Numbered from the stretch's first letter, positions 44,986 through 54,884 are shown. The stretch: 64,000 bases of DNA from an uncultured Gemmatimonadales bacterium (GCA_963821525.1 CAWGED010000005.1:192001-256000), one strand, 5' to 3'. Program-made: numbers and translations. Notes: a model not told the origin generated them from the letters alone.

Positions 44986-45792
44986 TCAGCTCCCGATCGT
45001 CCCAACCAGGATGGGCTGGGTCGTGGGCTGGGGCGAACCACCAGCAGGTTCGTTGGTGACCGCGGCGACAGCGAGGTTCGGGGCTTCCGGAATTGCGACC
45101 TGTTGCACCATGGCATGCCCGGTCGGCTCCGCGGTGAACGTCACCGAGGGAATCGGCTTGCCGCCCTTGGGGATGAACCAGAGCTGGTAGACCCGTCCGC
45201 TCTCGGTCGGCTGCAGGTTGAAGGCGTGAATCAGTGCCACCCGCTTCTTCGGATTCATGAAGAGCTGAATCACCGGTGCGGGCGTCGAGGTCGATGTCAG
45301 GGTCGTAAGGCGTACATCGGGTTCCAGAATCGCATTCAGGGTTGCCTCTCGCTCGGCGAGCTGGGCCTGGGTCGCTCCGAAGTCTCGTCTCAGCTCGGCG
45401 ATCGCGGTGTCTCGCTCCGTCACCTGGCGCCGGAGGGCAATCGACTGAAGTCCAAACCCGACAGCCAGCAGGACAGCCGCAGCGGCAGCCCAGGGGATCC
45501 AGTTGGGCCGGGCCGCCGCCGGCCGTAGCGCTACCACCTTCTCCTTCGCTACGCGAGCGAGCACCCGGTCGCGCAGGTCGCTGGAGGGACCGGACCCGGC
45601 GCCCGCCGTCGTCGTGGTGAGGAGTGTGGCGACTTCCCGGAATTCGGCCACCTCCCGCTGTGCCTCGGGAGACGTAGCCAGAAAGGCCTCGAACGAGCGA
45701 GCCTCCGCCGGATCGAGGGCGCCCAGCGCGTAGGCCGCGGCGAGATCCTTCAAGTCCTGACTATCCCTGTCTTGACTATCCGCGCTGCTCAC
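44986..45792 (-). CDS. Anti-sigma factor, RskA family
   Basis: AAAYALGALD, TM helix, YQLWFI, AVTNEPAGGSPQPT. Confidence 0.9.
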   Translation of the reverse strand: MSSADSQDRDSQDLKDLAAAYALGALDPAEARSFEAFLATSPEAQREVAEFREVATLLTTTTAGAGSGPSSDLRDRVLARVAKEKVVALRPAAARPNWIPWAAAAAVLLAVGFGLQSIALRRQVTERDTAIAELRRDFGATQAQLAEREATLNAILEPDVRLTTLTSTSTPAPVIQLFMNPKKRVALIHAFNLQPTESGRVYQLWFIPKGGKPIPSVTFTAEPTGHAMVQQVAIPEAPNLAVAAVTNEPAGGSPQPTTQPILVGTIGS

Positions 45793-46391
45793 AGGCCCGC
45801 CTCGTGAAAATAGGGACGCAATGCGTCCCGCAATTTCTGCATTCCCAGTCGCATCCGTGTCTTGACCGTCCCCAGCGGCTCCGCGAGTCGCTCGGCGATT
45901 TCCGATTGCGACAACCCTTCGAAATAGGCAAGCTCGATCGCCTGTCGTTGCGGTGGCGAAAGGTCCGCGAGCGCGATTGCCACACGCTTGCGGCGCTCGT
46001 CGGATTCAACCGCATCGCCCGGCTTCTCCGGCCATCCACCCATCGCCGGGGAGGACGTCGGGTTCTCCCGCGCCGCCGTCTCAGTGATTCGGGTTCGCCG
46101 CTGGCGCGAACGGACCAGATCGAGGGCCCGGCTCCGGGTCATCATCGTGAGCCAGGCGGCCACCGATCCCCGTTCGCCTTCGAAGCGGGCCGCGCCGCGC
46201 CAGGCCTGGGCGAAAGCCTCGAGCACGACCTCTTCCGCATCGGCTCGCTGGCCGAGCATACGGTACGCCACGGCGTACAGAGTGGGTCCGTATTTGTCGT
46301 AGAGGGAAGCCGCCGCGCGTTCGTCGCCTGCTGCCATCTGAGCAACCAGGTCGGCGTCCCGCACTCCGGTGGAGGTGGTGAGATCGGCCAT
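45789..46391 (-). CDS. ECF sigma factor (SigK-like)
   Basis: DAEEVVLEAF, GSVAAWL, LAYFEGLSQSEIA..PLGTVKTRMR. Confidence 0.93.
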   Translation of the reverse strand: MADLTTSTGVRDADLVAQMAAGDERAAASLYDKYGPTLYAVAYRMLGQRADAEEVVLEAFAQAWRGAARFEGERGSVAAWLTMMTRSRALDLVRSRQRRTRITETAARENPTSSPAMGGWPEKPGDAVESDERRKRVAIALADLSPPQRQAIELAYFEGLSQSEIAERLAEPLGTVKTRMRLGMQKLRDALRPYFHEAGL

Positions 46392-46525
46392 CTGCGCTCG
46401 GGCGCGCGAGCTCCGCACAACTGAGGTGACGTGCAACACCGGAACGGTGTCCATCAGTCTATACCCCAGTGCGGAGCCGCCACAAGACGGCAGCATGCGG
46501 TCGCCTCTCCTCTACCGGTCATTTC

Positions 46526-46551
46526 CTACGCACGGGGCGGCGGTTCAGATC
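46526..46551 (-). promoter_or_regulatory. Putative ECF promoter upstream of the sigma gene
   Basis: Minus strand GATCTG-N15-CGTAG; matches the motif at 50476-50501. Confidence 0.65.
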
Positions 46552-47011
46552 AGTGGACGGTCTTTTCTCCGTCGTCGCCGGTGAACAGGAGACTCGCTGA
46601 GCGGCCGGCGAAGCGAGCCTGCACGATGTTGACCTGATCGGAGAACAACTCGTTGTGAATGGCATTTCGTAAATGAGCGCCTGCCAGGCCGCCGGGAACA
46701 TCGGCCTCCATCGTGATCCAGGTGAGGTCGCCCGTGGCACGGCGGCCGATCCAGTTCATGGCGACCGGAACTCCCGCTGCCGTCCTGAGGCCGAGGTGAG
46801 TCCTGACATACCGGGACAGGAGGGTGTCTTCCGCGGACGGCGAGATGGCGGCCCCCGCTTGCACGGCCGTGTTGAGGTCGTCGCTGAACGCACGGACTAC
46901 AATCGTCACTCGCTTTCCACCCGGCTGTTCGACCAGCTCGGTCAATGTGGTGTGCAGCGGGTGCAGGGCGGCAACCAGCAATGGAGCCATGAGGAATCGC
47001 AGGTCTACCAT
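46550..47011 (-). CDS. DUF6702 family protein
   Basis: Signal peptide then HPLHTTLTEL..VRAFSDDL; ELFSDQVNIV. Confidence 0.75.
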   Translation of the reverse strand: MVDLRFLMAPLLVAALHPLHTTLTELVEQPGGKRVTIVVRAFSDDLNTAVQAGAAISPSAEDTLLSRYVRTHLGLRTAAGVPVAMNWIGRRATGDLTWITMEADVPGGLAGAHLRNAIHNELFSDQVNIVQARFAGRSASLLFTGDDGEKTVH

Positions 47012-47607
47012 GGCAGCCTCTCTGCAACCATGCGGGACCCGAGCAGTAGTACGAGGCAGCTGACCGCCGTGATGCGAATCCGAAGCGGAGTCCACCGGCT
47101 CCAGACCACGCCGCGGCGCAGGGCGCCATCCAGGGCAGTCAGCGCCGCACCAGCTGCGACCAGTACTACGATTTGCCCCAGCTCGATCCCGATGTTGAAG
47201 CCGAACAGTGGGACCACGATGTGGTCCATGAACAGCCTTTGCAGGTATTCGGCAAACCCGGCGCCGTGAACCAGACCAAACAGTGCCGCAAAACCGGCGC
47301 GCCAGCGGGTCGGTCGTGCCACCCCCTCACCCGCATGGGTGAAGACGTTGCTCGCCGCGGTCATCACGATCGTGACCGGAATCAGGAACTCGATCCAGCG
47401 GATCGGCAGCACCAGCGCCCCGGTGGCAGCGAGAACCAGGGTGACCGAGTGGCCCACCGTGAACGCTGTTATGACCCACAACGCATCCCGCCAATCCTGC
47501 CGCCGGTAGATGGCAGCGAGGGCGAGGAGAAAGAGGATGTGGTCCAGGGCTTCGCGGTTCACGATGTGACCGAAGCCGAGCTGGATGTAGGTTGTCAGTT
47601 CGGACAT
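47005..47607 (-). CDS. HupE/UreJ family membrane protein
   Basis: LGFGHI...DHILFL, TAFTVGHSVTL, FGLVHGAGFA, FNIGIELGQ. Confidence 0.9.
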   Translation of the reverse strand: MSELTTYIQLGFGHIVNREALDHILFLLALAAIYRRQDWRDALWVITAFTVGHSVTLVLAATGALVLPIRWIEFLIPVTIVMTAASNVFTHAGEGVARPTRWRAGFAALFGLVHGAGFAEYLQRLFMDHIVVPLFGFNIGIELGQIVVLVAAGAALTALDGALRRGVVWSRWTPLRIRITAVSCLVLLLGSRMVAERLPW

Positions 47608-47617
47608 GGTGGTATTA

Positions 47618-47688
47618 GCTGCAGCCGTCAGCCGTCAGCCGTCAGCCATAAGCTCACGCGTCGAGCTTACGGCTTACGGCCTATGGCC
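47618..47688. repeat. GCCGTCA/GCTTACG heptamer arrays
   Basis: cagccgtcagccgtcagccgtcagccataagc...gcttacggcttacggcctatggc. Confidence 0.75.
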
Positions 47689-48936
47689 CCGTAAAAGGGA
47701 TTGATCTCCTTCGCCATCTCCAACCGCTCCCGCGACAGCAACGAATCCCCCAGTGCCGCAGCGATCTGGCCGGCATGCCAGTAGAGCATCGCGTCGCGAG
47801 TGCCTTGTGACAGGGCCTGCTCGACGAGCGGAGCCGCTTCGATATCGCGGCCCGACTGGTGTAAGGCCCAGGCGACGAGGTCGTAACCGTAGACATCCTT
47901 GCGCGTGCGCAGTTCCTCGCTTGCCTTTCGCAGCACAAGAGGAACATCCCGGCCGTGATCCAGCAGGAAGAGGGACCAGGCTCTGTGAAAGGCGCCGGGC
48001 TGCTGGCTCACCGATACTTCCATCGCCTTGGCGTATTCCGCGGCCTTCGCGGTGTCGCCCTCCGCCGCATAGCAATCGCTGAGGAGTCCCAGCGTCGCTG
48101 GGTCCAGCACGTTCGCGATCGCCCGTTCGCCGAAACGAATCGCGCCCGACCAATCCTTCTTTGCCGCGTGGAGCCGTGCCTCAGCACCAAGCAGCCGGTA
48201 GTCTTCGGGTGCTTCGCTCAATCCAGAGGCGAATGCCTTGCCAGCCTCGCGGAGCCTTCCCCGACGAAGTTCCAGATCACCAATTCGCAGATCGAACCAG
48301 GCGAGCTGCTCGGCAGGGACGCGGAAGCCGTTGTCCAGGTCGCGACGCACCGAGCGCAGCAGGTCCAGGGCCTCCACCGGCCTGCCTTCCAACTCGAGCC
48401 AGCGGGCGTAGCGGGGCGCCAGTGCCGGTGCATAGCGCTGAGTCGCGATCGTGGAGAAGAGCCGCTTCGCTTCCTCGTAATGCCCCAGTTCGAGCGCGAT
48501 CTCGCCCAACATCGCGCGTGTGCCGGGCTCCGAGGAGTCGGCCGCAACCAGTGCCTTCGCCGTCGTGTACGCCTCGGTGAATCGGTGTTCGGCCAGCAGG
48601 GCCGAAGCGAGGAGTGCTGCGGCCTCGCCGTTTCTCCTCGCGCGATGACGATAAGAGGTGCGGGCCGCGTCTTCCGCTCGAAGCAGGTCCTGATAACTCC
48701 CGGTTTCTCGCGCCCGCGCGAGATAAAGGCTGCCGAGCATTGCAAGGTCGCGTGCGCCGTAGGGATCGCGGGCCACCCGGGCCTGGTAGAAGGCGATGTC
48801 CTGTTCTCGGATCTCGGCGGGAAGGCGGGAAGGTGGTACGGCGGGACGCTTGCTCGTCCGCATGGTGAAACGACCAGCCAAGCAGACCAGCGGACGCCAA
48901 CATGGTAAGAATTCCAAACTGCAGTCGACGAGTCAT
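47667..48936 (-). CDS. TPR protein with N-terminal signal/anchor (frameshift ~48865)
   Basis: TPR helices; MTRRLQFGILTMLASAGLLGW in the adjacent frame with GGAG upstream. Confidence 0.8.
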
Positions 48937-49036
48937 CGCCAGGTACTCCCAGTCGCAAGAGCCATCGGTTGGTGATCAGCGCCGAAGCGGACGGGTGGGC
49001 GTTGTGACCGTCCAGCCCGTCCGCCTTCCCGCCCGC

Positions 49037-49624
49037 CTAGTTCGGCGGCGCCAGATACGGGAAGCTCGCCGAGAACGGCGAGTCGCTCGCCACGTTATCA
49101 GTTGTCAGAGCCGGCGTAGTGTGGGTCGGATCGGCGCCAAACGGATCGCCGAAGATCGCGAGCAGCGCGAGATCCACTACGTCGTCATCCAGCTTCCGCC
49201 CACCCCAGCCGTTCACCAGCGGCGGCAGGTCCACGATGTTGAGCCAGCTGGCGGTATTGGTCGGCTTGTCGGTCTGGACTACCAGCACATCCGGCAGCAA
49301 CACGCTGCCCAGCGCGCTGATGTATGCGGGATCGCGTCCCGCGACGGTGGTCACGAAATTCACCACCTTGGGCGCCACCAGAGCCGCATCCTGGTCGGGG
49401 CCGATCGAGCCATGCAGCGAGTGGTCCCGCTTGTCGAGCAGCACTTCGCTGATCAGAGGATTGCCCAGCCGCTGGACCTGGTTGAAGGCCTGGTTGGGAT
49501 CGGGGCCGGCGGTGCCACCGCTGTTGCTATCGTCGCTGCAGGCGCCGGCCAGCAGCGCAAGCCCGAGCGCGAGGCCGGGCAGGACCACGCGGCGCAGGGC
49601 CGGCAAATCGATGGAGTTCTTCAT
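49037..49624 (-). CDS. DUF4331 family lipoprotein
   Basis: Lipobox LAGAC; QVQRLGNPLISEVL, GGRKLDDDVVD, FPYLAPP. Confidence 0.85.
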   Translation of the reverse strand: MKNSIDLPALRRVVLPGLALGLALLAGACSDDSNSGGTAGPDPNQAFNQVQRLGNPLISEVLLDKRDHSLHGSIGPDQDAALVAPKVVNFVTTVAGRDPAYISALGSVLLPDVLVVQTDKPTNTASWLNIVDLPPLVNGWGGRKLDDDVVDLALLAIFGDPFGADPTHTTPALTTDNVASDSPFSASFPYLAPPN

Positions 49625-49668
49625 GAGAGCTATCCTCGGAGTCGGGTCAGTCATGGTGTGGGAGGTCT

Positions 49669-50397
49669 TCAGCGGCTGATGGTGCCCCAGATGTTGAGCT
49701 TGCCGGGCGCTCCATTCTCAAGCATCGAGCTGGGCAGCTCGACCACGATCGAAAGCACGTTGAAGCCTTCGATGTAGTTCACCCCGGGATTCCGGAAGGC
49801 GGCACCGCCGGGGAGTGCGCAGGGCTGTGAGAGGGCACCGGTCGAAGGACGCCGGTCAGGCAGGATGCAGAAGGCCGCCTCGAGATCGAGGAAGAACGAA
49901 TCGTCCCGGGGGCCGGCGAAGGCCTGAATGCCGCTGGCCGAACCAAGATTGGTGTTGAAAGCGCCACTCAGGTCCGTGGCGCCGAAGTCGATCACGTTCA
50001 TCATGGCGCCGGTTACCGTCGGCGTGAACGGACCGCGGACGTGAACCGTCTGGCTGGTGGTTTTGCCGTCGAAGGTGACCTGAATGACCTTGTCTTCGAC
50101 GTAGTCTCCATCGTTGTCCACCTTGAACTGATAGAGAATGTTCGGATCGAACGCGGCGGACCCGGTCTGACCCGGGCTGAGGAATCCGCTGGTATTCATG
50201 ACCAGCACGATTCTGCCCGGGGCCGAGCCGGGGAACGCGTACACGTCGGTGAGATCCATTCGGGGGTTGAGTTCCACCAGAGGAGTGTCCTGGTGGTCCG
50301 AGCCCGCCAGCAGTCTCACGCCGCCGGCCAGTGCGCCGGTGAGGACGAGGATTGCGGCGAGCCGCTGGGTGCGTGGAAGGGCGCGCCAAGGGTACAT
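49669..50397 (-). CDS. DUF4331 family exported protein
   Basis: SDHQDTP...DLTDVYAF, YQFKVDNDGD, FAGPRDDSFFLD, NVLSIVVELP. Confidence 0.88.
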   Translation of the reverse strand: MYPWRALPRTQRLAAILVLTGALAGGVRLLAGSDHQDTPLVELNPRMDLTDVYAFPGSAPGRIVLVMNTSGFLSPGQTGSAAFDPNILYQFKVDNDGDYVEDKVIQVTFDGKTTSQTVHVRGPFTPTVTGAMMNVIDFGATDLSGAFNTNLGSASGIQAFAGPRDDSFFLDLEAAFCILPDRRPSTGALSQPCALPGGAAFRNPGVNYIEGFNVLSIVVELPSSMLENGAPGKLNIWGTISR

Positions 50398-50475
50398 GAC
50401 CGGACTCCTGGAGATGAGAGTGACGAAGCCTGGGACCGTCGGCGACGGAGACCGTCTCCTTCGCCTGCGCCCCAT

Positions 50476-50501
50476 CTACGCCCGTCACCGGGGTCCGGAT
50501 C
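50476..50501 (-). promoter_or_regulatory. Putative ECF promoter upstream of the DUF4331 operon
   Basis: Minus strand GATCCG-N15-CGTAG. Confidence 0.65.
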
Positions 50502-50524
50502 TATGGCCTATGTATGAGTGGAAA

Positions 50525-50638
50525 GGACTGGGACTGAGGACTGAGAGGTAGCGAGTACCTGGTACCGAGTACCGAGTACCGAGAAGCTCAGCTTACCGCT
50601 CACCGCTTACCGCTCACCGCTTACCGCTTACCGTTCAC
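50525..50638. repeat. Three consecutive heptamer arrays (GACTGAG, GTACCGA, CCGCTYA)
   Basis: ggactgggactgaggactgag; gtaccgagtaccgagtaccgag; cttaccgctcaccgcttaccgctcaccgcttaccgcttaccg. Confidence 0.85.
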
Positions 50639-51738
50639 CACTCCCAGAACCGCTCCGGCCTCACCGCTTCGAGGTGTTCGATCTCGTTCTCACCCGAAAT
50701 CAGTCGCGCAATCATCACGGCGGTAATCCCCGCGAGGAGAATGCCGTTTCGTCCGTGTCCGGTCGCATACCAGAGACCACGGGCTCGTGGCTCTTTCCCG
50801 ATGATCGGCAAGCCATCTGGGGTGCCGGGTCTGAGGCCAGCCCAGGTTCGAGTGACTTCCGCCTGAGCCAGGGAAGGACAGAGTCCGCTCGCAGTCGTGA
50901 AGATGCTGGCGAGACCGGCGGCGCTGACCTGGGTGTCGAAGCCCGCGTTCTCCATTGTGCTGCCGAGAATCGCTTCACCATCACGGGCAACGATGTAGCC
51001 GCCGTTACCTACGACGATGGCGTTGGGGACTCCTTTGGGCCATGCGGTGGCTGCCATCTGGCCCCGAACCGGTTCCACCGACAGCGGCCGGGGCAATCCG
51101 CCGAGATTCTTGGACCAAGCTCCCGCGGCGATGATGACGTCCCCGGCTGAATAGCGTTGGGCTCCGCGGACTCCGATTACCAGATCTCCCCGCCGCTCCA
51201 CCTCGCTTACTTCCTCAGTGACCACCTCGGCCCCAAGACGCCGGGCATCGGTCAACAGTCCCTCGACCAGGCGCTCCGGGTGAAGAGCAGCATCGTTGGG
51301 CGCCCACAAGGCCCCGTGGGTTGGGCCCAGCCAGGGCCATCTTCCCTTAACTTCAGCAGCATCGAACCAGTCACAGACATGGCCCTGCTGTCGCTGCCAC
51401 GCCACCTTGGACCGGAGCACAACGGTCTCTGCCTCGGTGCTGGCGACCCGAGCAATGCCGGATTCCCACCATCCGATGTCGATTCCGGTTTCAGCTTTCA
51501 GGGAGGCGGCGAGGCTCTGGTAGTATTCCCGGCCGGCCAGGCCGAGCTCGAAGAGAGGGTCTTCGGCGCCGGCATCGACCTGGGGAGCCAGCATTCCGGC
51601 GGCGGCGCGCCATCCTTCGCCGGAAGAGATGCCCCGCTCGCACACGAGGACCCGGCGGCCGGCCAACGCGAGTTCCCGGGCGCATGCGGCCCCTACTGCG
51701 CCGCCCCCGACCACGATAACATCGTACGCTGTAGTCAC
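50635..51738 (-). CDS. thiO: Glycine oxidase
   Basis: VVGGGAVG, AAAGMLAP, PVRGQ, WAGLRPGTPD, ATGHGRNGILLA. Confidence 0.88.
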   Translation of the reverse strand: MTTAYDVIVVGGGAVGAACARELALAGRRVLVCERGISSGEGWRAAAGMLAPQVDAGAEDPLFELGLAGREYYQSLAASLKAETGIDIGWWESGIARVASTEAETVVLRSKVAWQRQQGHVCDWFDAAEVKGRWPWLGPTHGALWAPNDAALHPERLVEGLLTDARRLGAEVVTEEVSEVERRGDLVIGVRGAQRYSAGDVIIAAGAWSKNLGGLPRPLSVEPVRGQMAATAWPKGVPNAIVVGNGGYIVARDGEAILGSTMENAGFDTQVSAAGLASIFTTASGLCPSLAQAEVTRTWAGLRPGTPDGLPIIGKEPRARGLWYATGHGRNGILLAGITAVMIARLISGENEIEHLEAVRPERFWEW

Positions 51739-51811
51739 TTAGGGCTCGACGAAACTTTCTGAAACGCAGTGCGTATGAGTCGCTGCCCGCAACATCCCGG
51801 AGGAAAGTAGC

Positions 51812-52027
51812 ATGATAAGGAATATGCTCGGCTTCGCGGCGCTGGCCGTGGTCGCGATGATAGCCATCAAATTCATCTTCAGCATCTTCGGCATCATCGT
51901 GAGCCTGTTCATGGCCTTGGTGTGGTTCGCTTTTGTAGGGTTTCTGATCTACATGGTGCTTCGCGTGCTCAGTCCCAGCACCGCAGATCGAGTCAAGGAG
52001 ATGATTTCAGGCAAACCCGTAGTGTGA
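51812..52027 (+). CDS. Small 2-TM membrane protein
   Basis: GGAGG RBS; hydrophobic 71-aa ORF. Confidence 0.7.
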   Translation: MIRNMLGFAALAVVAMIAIKFIFSIFGIIVSLFMALVWFAFVGFLIYMVLRVLSPSTADRVKEMISGKPVV

Positions 52028-52097
52028 TGACGAGTTCCTCCGGCAAAGCGCCCGGTCTCACGGCCGGGCGCTGTTGTTTCTGGCTGATCCTTCCGAT

Positions 52098-52369
52098 CTA
52101 ATTTCCCGAAGCACTGTGGGCGTGGACAATTTTGATGCGGCGTAACGAGGAACTCCGCCGCGACGGTTCCCATTGGCGGTGATGAGCACCGCCGGATCAT
52201 AGAGGGAATCTGCCCGCTCCAATCGAGCGTCGGCTGTAAGCGCCTCAGTCACGAGGTCGGTGATCTGATCTGCGGCCTGTGTGTTGAGTGGCGTTGGGGA
52301 ATGTGAGGGGGACGACTTGGCACAGGCCAAGCCGATGACCAGGATGGCGGGGAGGAGACTACCTCGCAT
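52098..52369 (-). pseudogene. Possibly internally deleted SnoaL/NTF2-like lipoprotein
   Basis: Lipobox GLAC; N-terminal half jumps to IKIVHAHSASGN* in another frame. Confidence 0.3.
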
Positions 52370-53318
52370 CCAGCCGATCGAACACGGCCCAGGTGAGGAG
52401 GGGAAACATGATTTCGTGATGTCCGGTGATCTGCATCCCGATACCCGACGGCCGGGTCGGTCGTTCGACCACGTTCACCTGAGGACGGTAGTGCCGTTGC
52501 ATGTCGAAGTCGGCGGCGACGAACCCGGTTGGACGTCCCTGATCCAGATTGCGCGCCACGCTTAACGCCTTGACGAAAACTTCCGGCAGGATGACCGCGC
52601 TGCCCAGGTTGATCACCACTCCGCCGTCGTCGAGGCTCGCGAGCGATGCAGCCAGCCGTTTGAAGTCACGATGACTCGTGGCGCCCAAAGCCGCTCCATC
52701 AGCCGATGGGTGCTGATGGATCACGTCGCTGCCGAGCGCTACGTGAACCGTGATCGGGACCGCTGCCTGCCGCGCGCCGAGCAGGATGGAGGCTTCCGCG
52801 CCGGGTAGTGCGCTGCGCCGGGAGAGCGCATCGGCCAGTCCCTCTCCAAGTCCGAAGTCACCGCGCTGCCGCCTGCCGAGGCCGCCTGGTTCATCGCGGC
52901 TCCGGTCTCCTCGGCCATGCCGAAACTGCCATCCGCCAGCCCCGACTCGACATCCTCGCTGGTCTGGCCAAATGCCGCGAGCTCGAAATCGTGGATCGCC
53001 GCTGCACCGTTCAGTGCGACGTGGGTGACGATCCCTCGACGGAGCCACTCGACGACCAACGGCCCCAGCCCGACCTTGGCGACGTGACCTCCGATCAGGA
53101 AGAGAACCCCACGCTGTTGTTTCTTCGCGTGAGCGAGTGCTGCAATCAGCAGCCCGCAGGTTACGGGCCGCCAGCACGTCGGGAAGCGACTCGAGGAAGG
53201 CGTGGAAGGAGCGGTCGGCTCCGGGCACCGACGCTAGAAGGGAGGTGTCGACCTTCGTGGGGCGGTTCCCGACCGGAACCGTCCTCACCCGGGTCAGGTC
53301 CACCTCCCGGTAGTGCAC
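52359..53318 (-). CDS. Conserved protein, possibly deoxyhypusine-synthase-like fold (frameshifted)
   Basis: HVALNGAAAIHDFE..TSEDV..GSFGMAEETG, VHVALGSDVIH, NLGSAVILPEVFVKAL, ITGHHEIMFP. Confidence 0.65.
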   Translation of the reverse strand: MHYREVDLTRVRTVPVGNRPTKVDTSLLASVPGADRSFHAFLESLPDVLAARNLRAADCSTRSREETTAWGSLPDRRSRRQGRAGAVGRRVAPSRDRHPRRTERCSGDPRFRARGIWPDQRGCRVGAGGWQFRHGRGDRSRDEPGGLGRRQRGDFGLGEGLADALSRRSALPGAEASILLGARQAAVPITVHVALGSDVIHQHPSADGAALGATSHRDFKRLAASLASLDDGGVVINLGSAVILPEVFVKALSVARNLDQGRPTGFVAADFDMQRHYRPQVNVVERPTRPSGIGMQITGHHEIMFPLLTWAVFDRLDAR

Positions 53319-53320
53319 GC

Positions 53321-54084
53321 TCAGCTGCCTGCGGTAGTACCGTCGGGGAGTTTCATCGAGATCAGGCGCAAAGTCACGCTCCCGAAGGGGAGCTTCGACT
53401 TGATCTGTACCGGGATCCTTCGCTCGTCATCGGTAAGCCAGAGCTTGGCTTCGGCCCGCGGAGCGAAGAGACCGTCGCTGCCAACCGCTGGGCTCAGCAC
53501 CAGGCATTGCACCTTCTTGCCATCGGGCAGCTCCATCTCCTCCCGCTTCTCCACCTTGATTACCACCGGATTCAGATCCTTCCGGAAGTACCGGTTGTAC
53601 TTGTAGGTCTGCCCTTTTTCCAAGGGGATGGTGCGGAGAAAGTAGAAGAAGGCGGCGTCGTCCAGCGGATCGGCCACAGTAGATCCGGTGTCGCCGTGCG
53701 TCGTCTGGATCCAGGTAGAGTCAGGGTAGATCTCGAATTTGCGTTGCTTGGGCTTTCCGTTCTCATCCAGGTCCTGGTAGAACCGGCGGGAAATCATGTC
53801 GCTGGTTCCAGTCCACGAAGTGAGAACGCTCGTCAGGTCTTGTAGAAAGGAGCCGAAGCATCGAGCCCGAACACGAACACGAAGGATTCAACTCCACGCA
53901 CCGTATCGATGCCGGTCACCGCCATCCGCGCCGTCCCCAGCCGGAGAACTCCCAGCTTGGCGGAGTACTCGAACTCCTCGCCGACGGCGAAGGGATAAGC
54001 GCCCACCGGATGGGCCGGTGGTGGTGAAGGCACGAACGCTACGCTCGCGCCCAGCAGCGAAAGGGCGAGGGCGATGGCTTTCAT
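53321..54084 (-). CDS. DUF3108 domain protein (frameshift ~53840)
   Basis: PFAVGEEFEY, PLDDAAFFYFLR, LWLTDDERRIPV. Confidence 0.8.
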
Positions 54085-54878
54085 GAGGTTGCCTCCTGCA
54101 ATTCGTTCGACTCGGAGGGCGGACCGCCGGGGCCTGACGACTCGGCTCGCGGTCCGCTCCGAATTCGGAGCCGCCGGCCGTTCCGCCAGAGCTCCTTCGC
54201 ATATCCCCAGGGATCGACCCGACTTGGCCGCTCCCGCAGATCATGTCTTTCCACTGTCTGTACCACGTCCACGCGCCGGGCCTGTTGTGCCGCTCGGGCG
54301 AACAACTCGGCGTTGGCAGTCCATCCATCGGTAGTGATGAGGCTGCCTCCCGATGCCCGAATCGCGTTGCGCAGACAGATCAGACGGATTGCGCCGCAGC
54401 CCGAGACGACGTCGGTCGACCCGGGGATCGAGAGACCCGGGAGCAGAAAGCGCGCGGCTTTCCGCACCCACCGGCGACCTCGCGAGGGCTCGCCCTGTAC
54501 CGTGGCTCGGGTGACGACCACATCGGCCCCGCTGTCCAGGCGCCGAACAAGTTCGGGCAGGCACTCGGGGCTGTGGGCGAAGTCCGCGTGGAGAAGTATG
54601 GCGGCGTCCCGCTTCGGACGGTCCGAGCGCTCCAGCGCGGCTCGAATCAGTTCCTCGACTGAACCGCCGTAACCGCGACGCTCGCCGTGCCGAATCACGG
54701 TCAGCGGCAAGGCCTTGGCATACGGCTCCAGCACTTCGGCGGTGGGATCGGTCGATCCATCATCCACCACAAGCAACTGGTATTCTCGCGGGAACTCCTC
54801 GAACACCCGCCGGATTTTCCAGAGCACGAGGCCCACGGTCGAGGCTTCGTTGTAGCTCGGTATGCAGACGTAAATCAT
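54081..54878 (-). CDS. Glycosyltransferase family 2
   Basis: IPSYNE, VVDDGSTD, RRGYGG. Confidence 0.85.
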   Translation of the reverse strand: MIYVCIPSYNEASTVGLVLWKIRRVFEEFPREYQLLVVDDGSTDPTAEVLEPYAKALPLTVIRHGERRGYGGSVEELIRAALERSDRPKRDAAILLHADFAHSPECLPELVRRLDSGADVVVTRATVQGEPSRGRRWVRKAARFLLPGLSIPGSTDVVSGCGAIRLICLRNAIRASGGSLITTDGWTANAELFARAAQQARRVDVVQTVERHDLRERPSRVDPWGYAKELWRNGRRLRIRSGPRAESSGPGGPPSESNELQEATS

Positions 54879-54884
54879 TTGCCT

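Noticed and set aside
50525..50638. Repeat arrays as CRISPR
   Set aside because: Units are 7 nt and contiguous with no unique spacers; no cas genes seen
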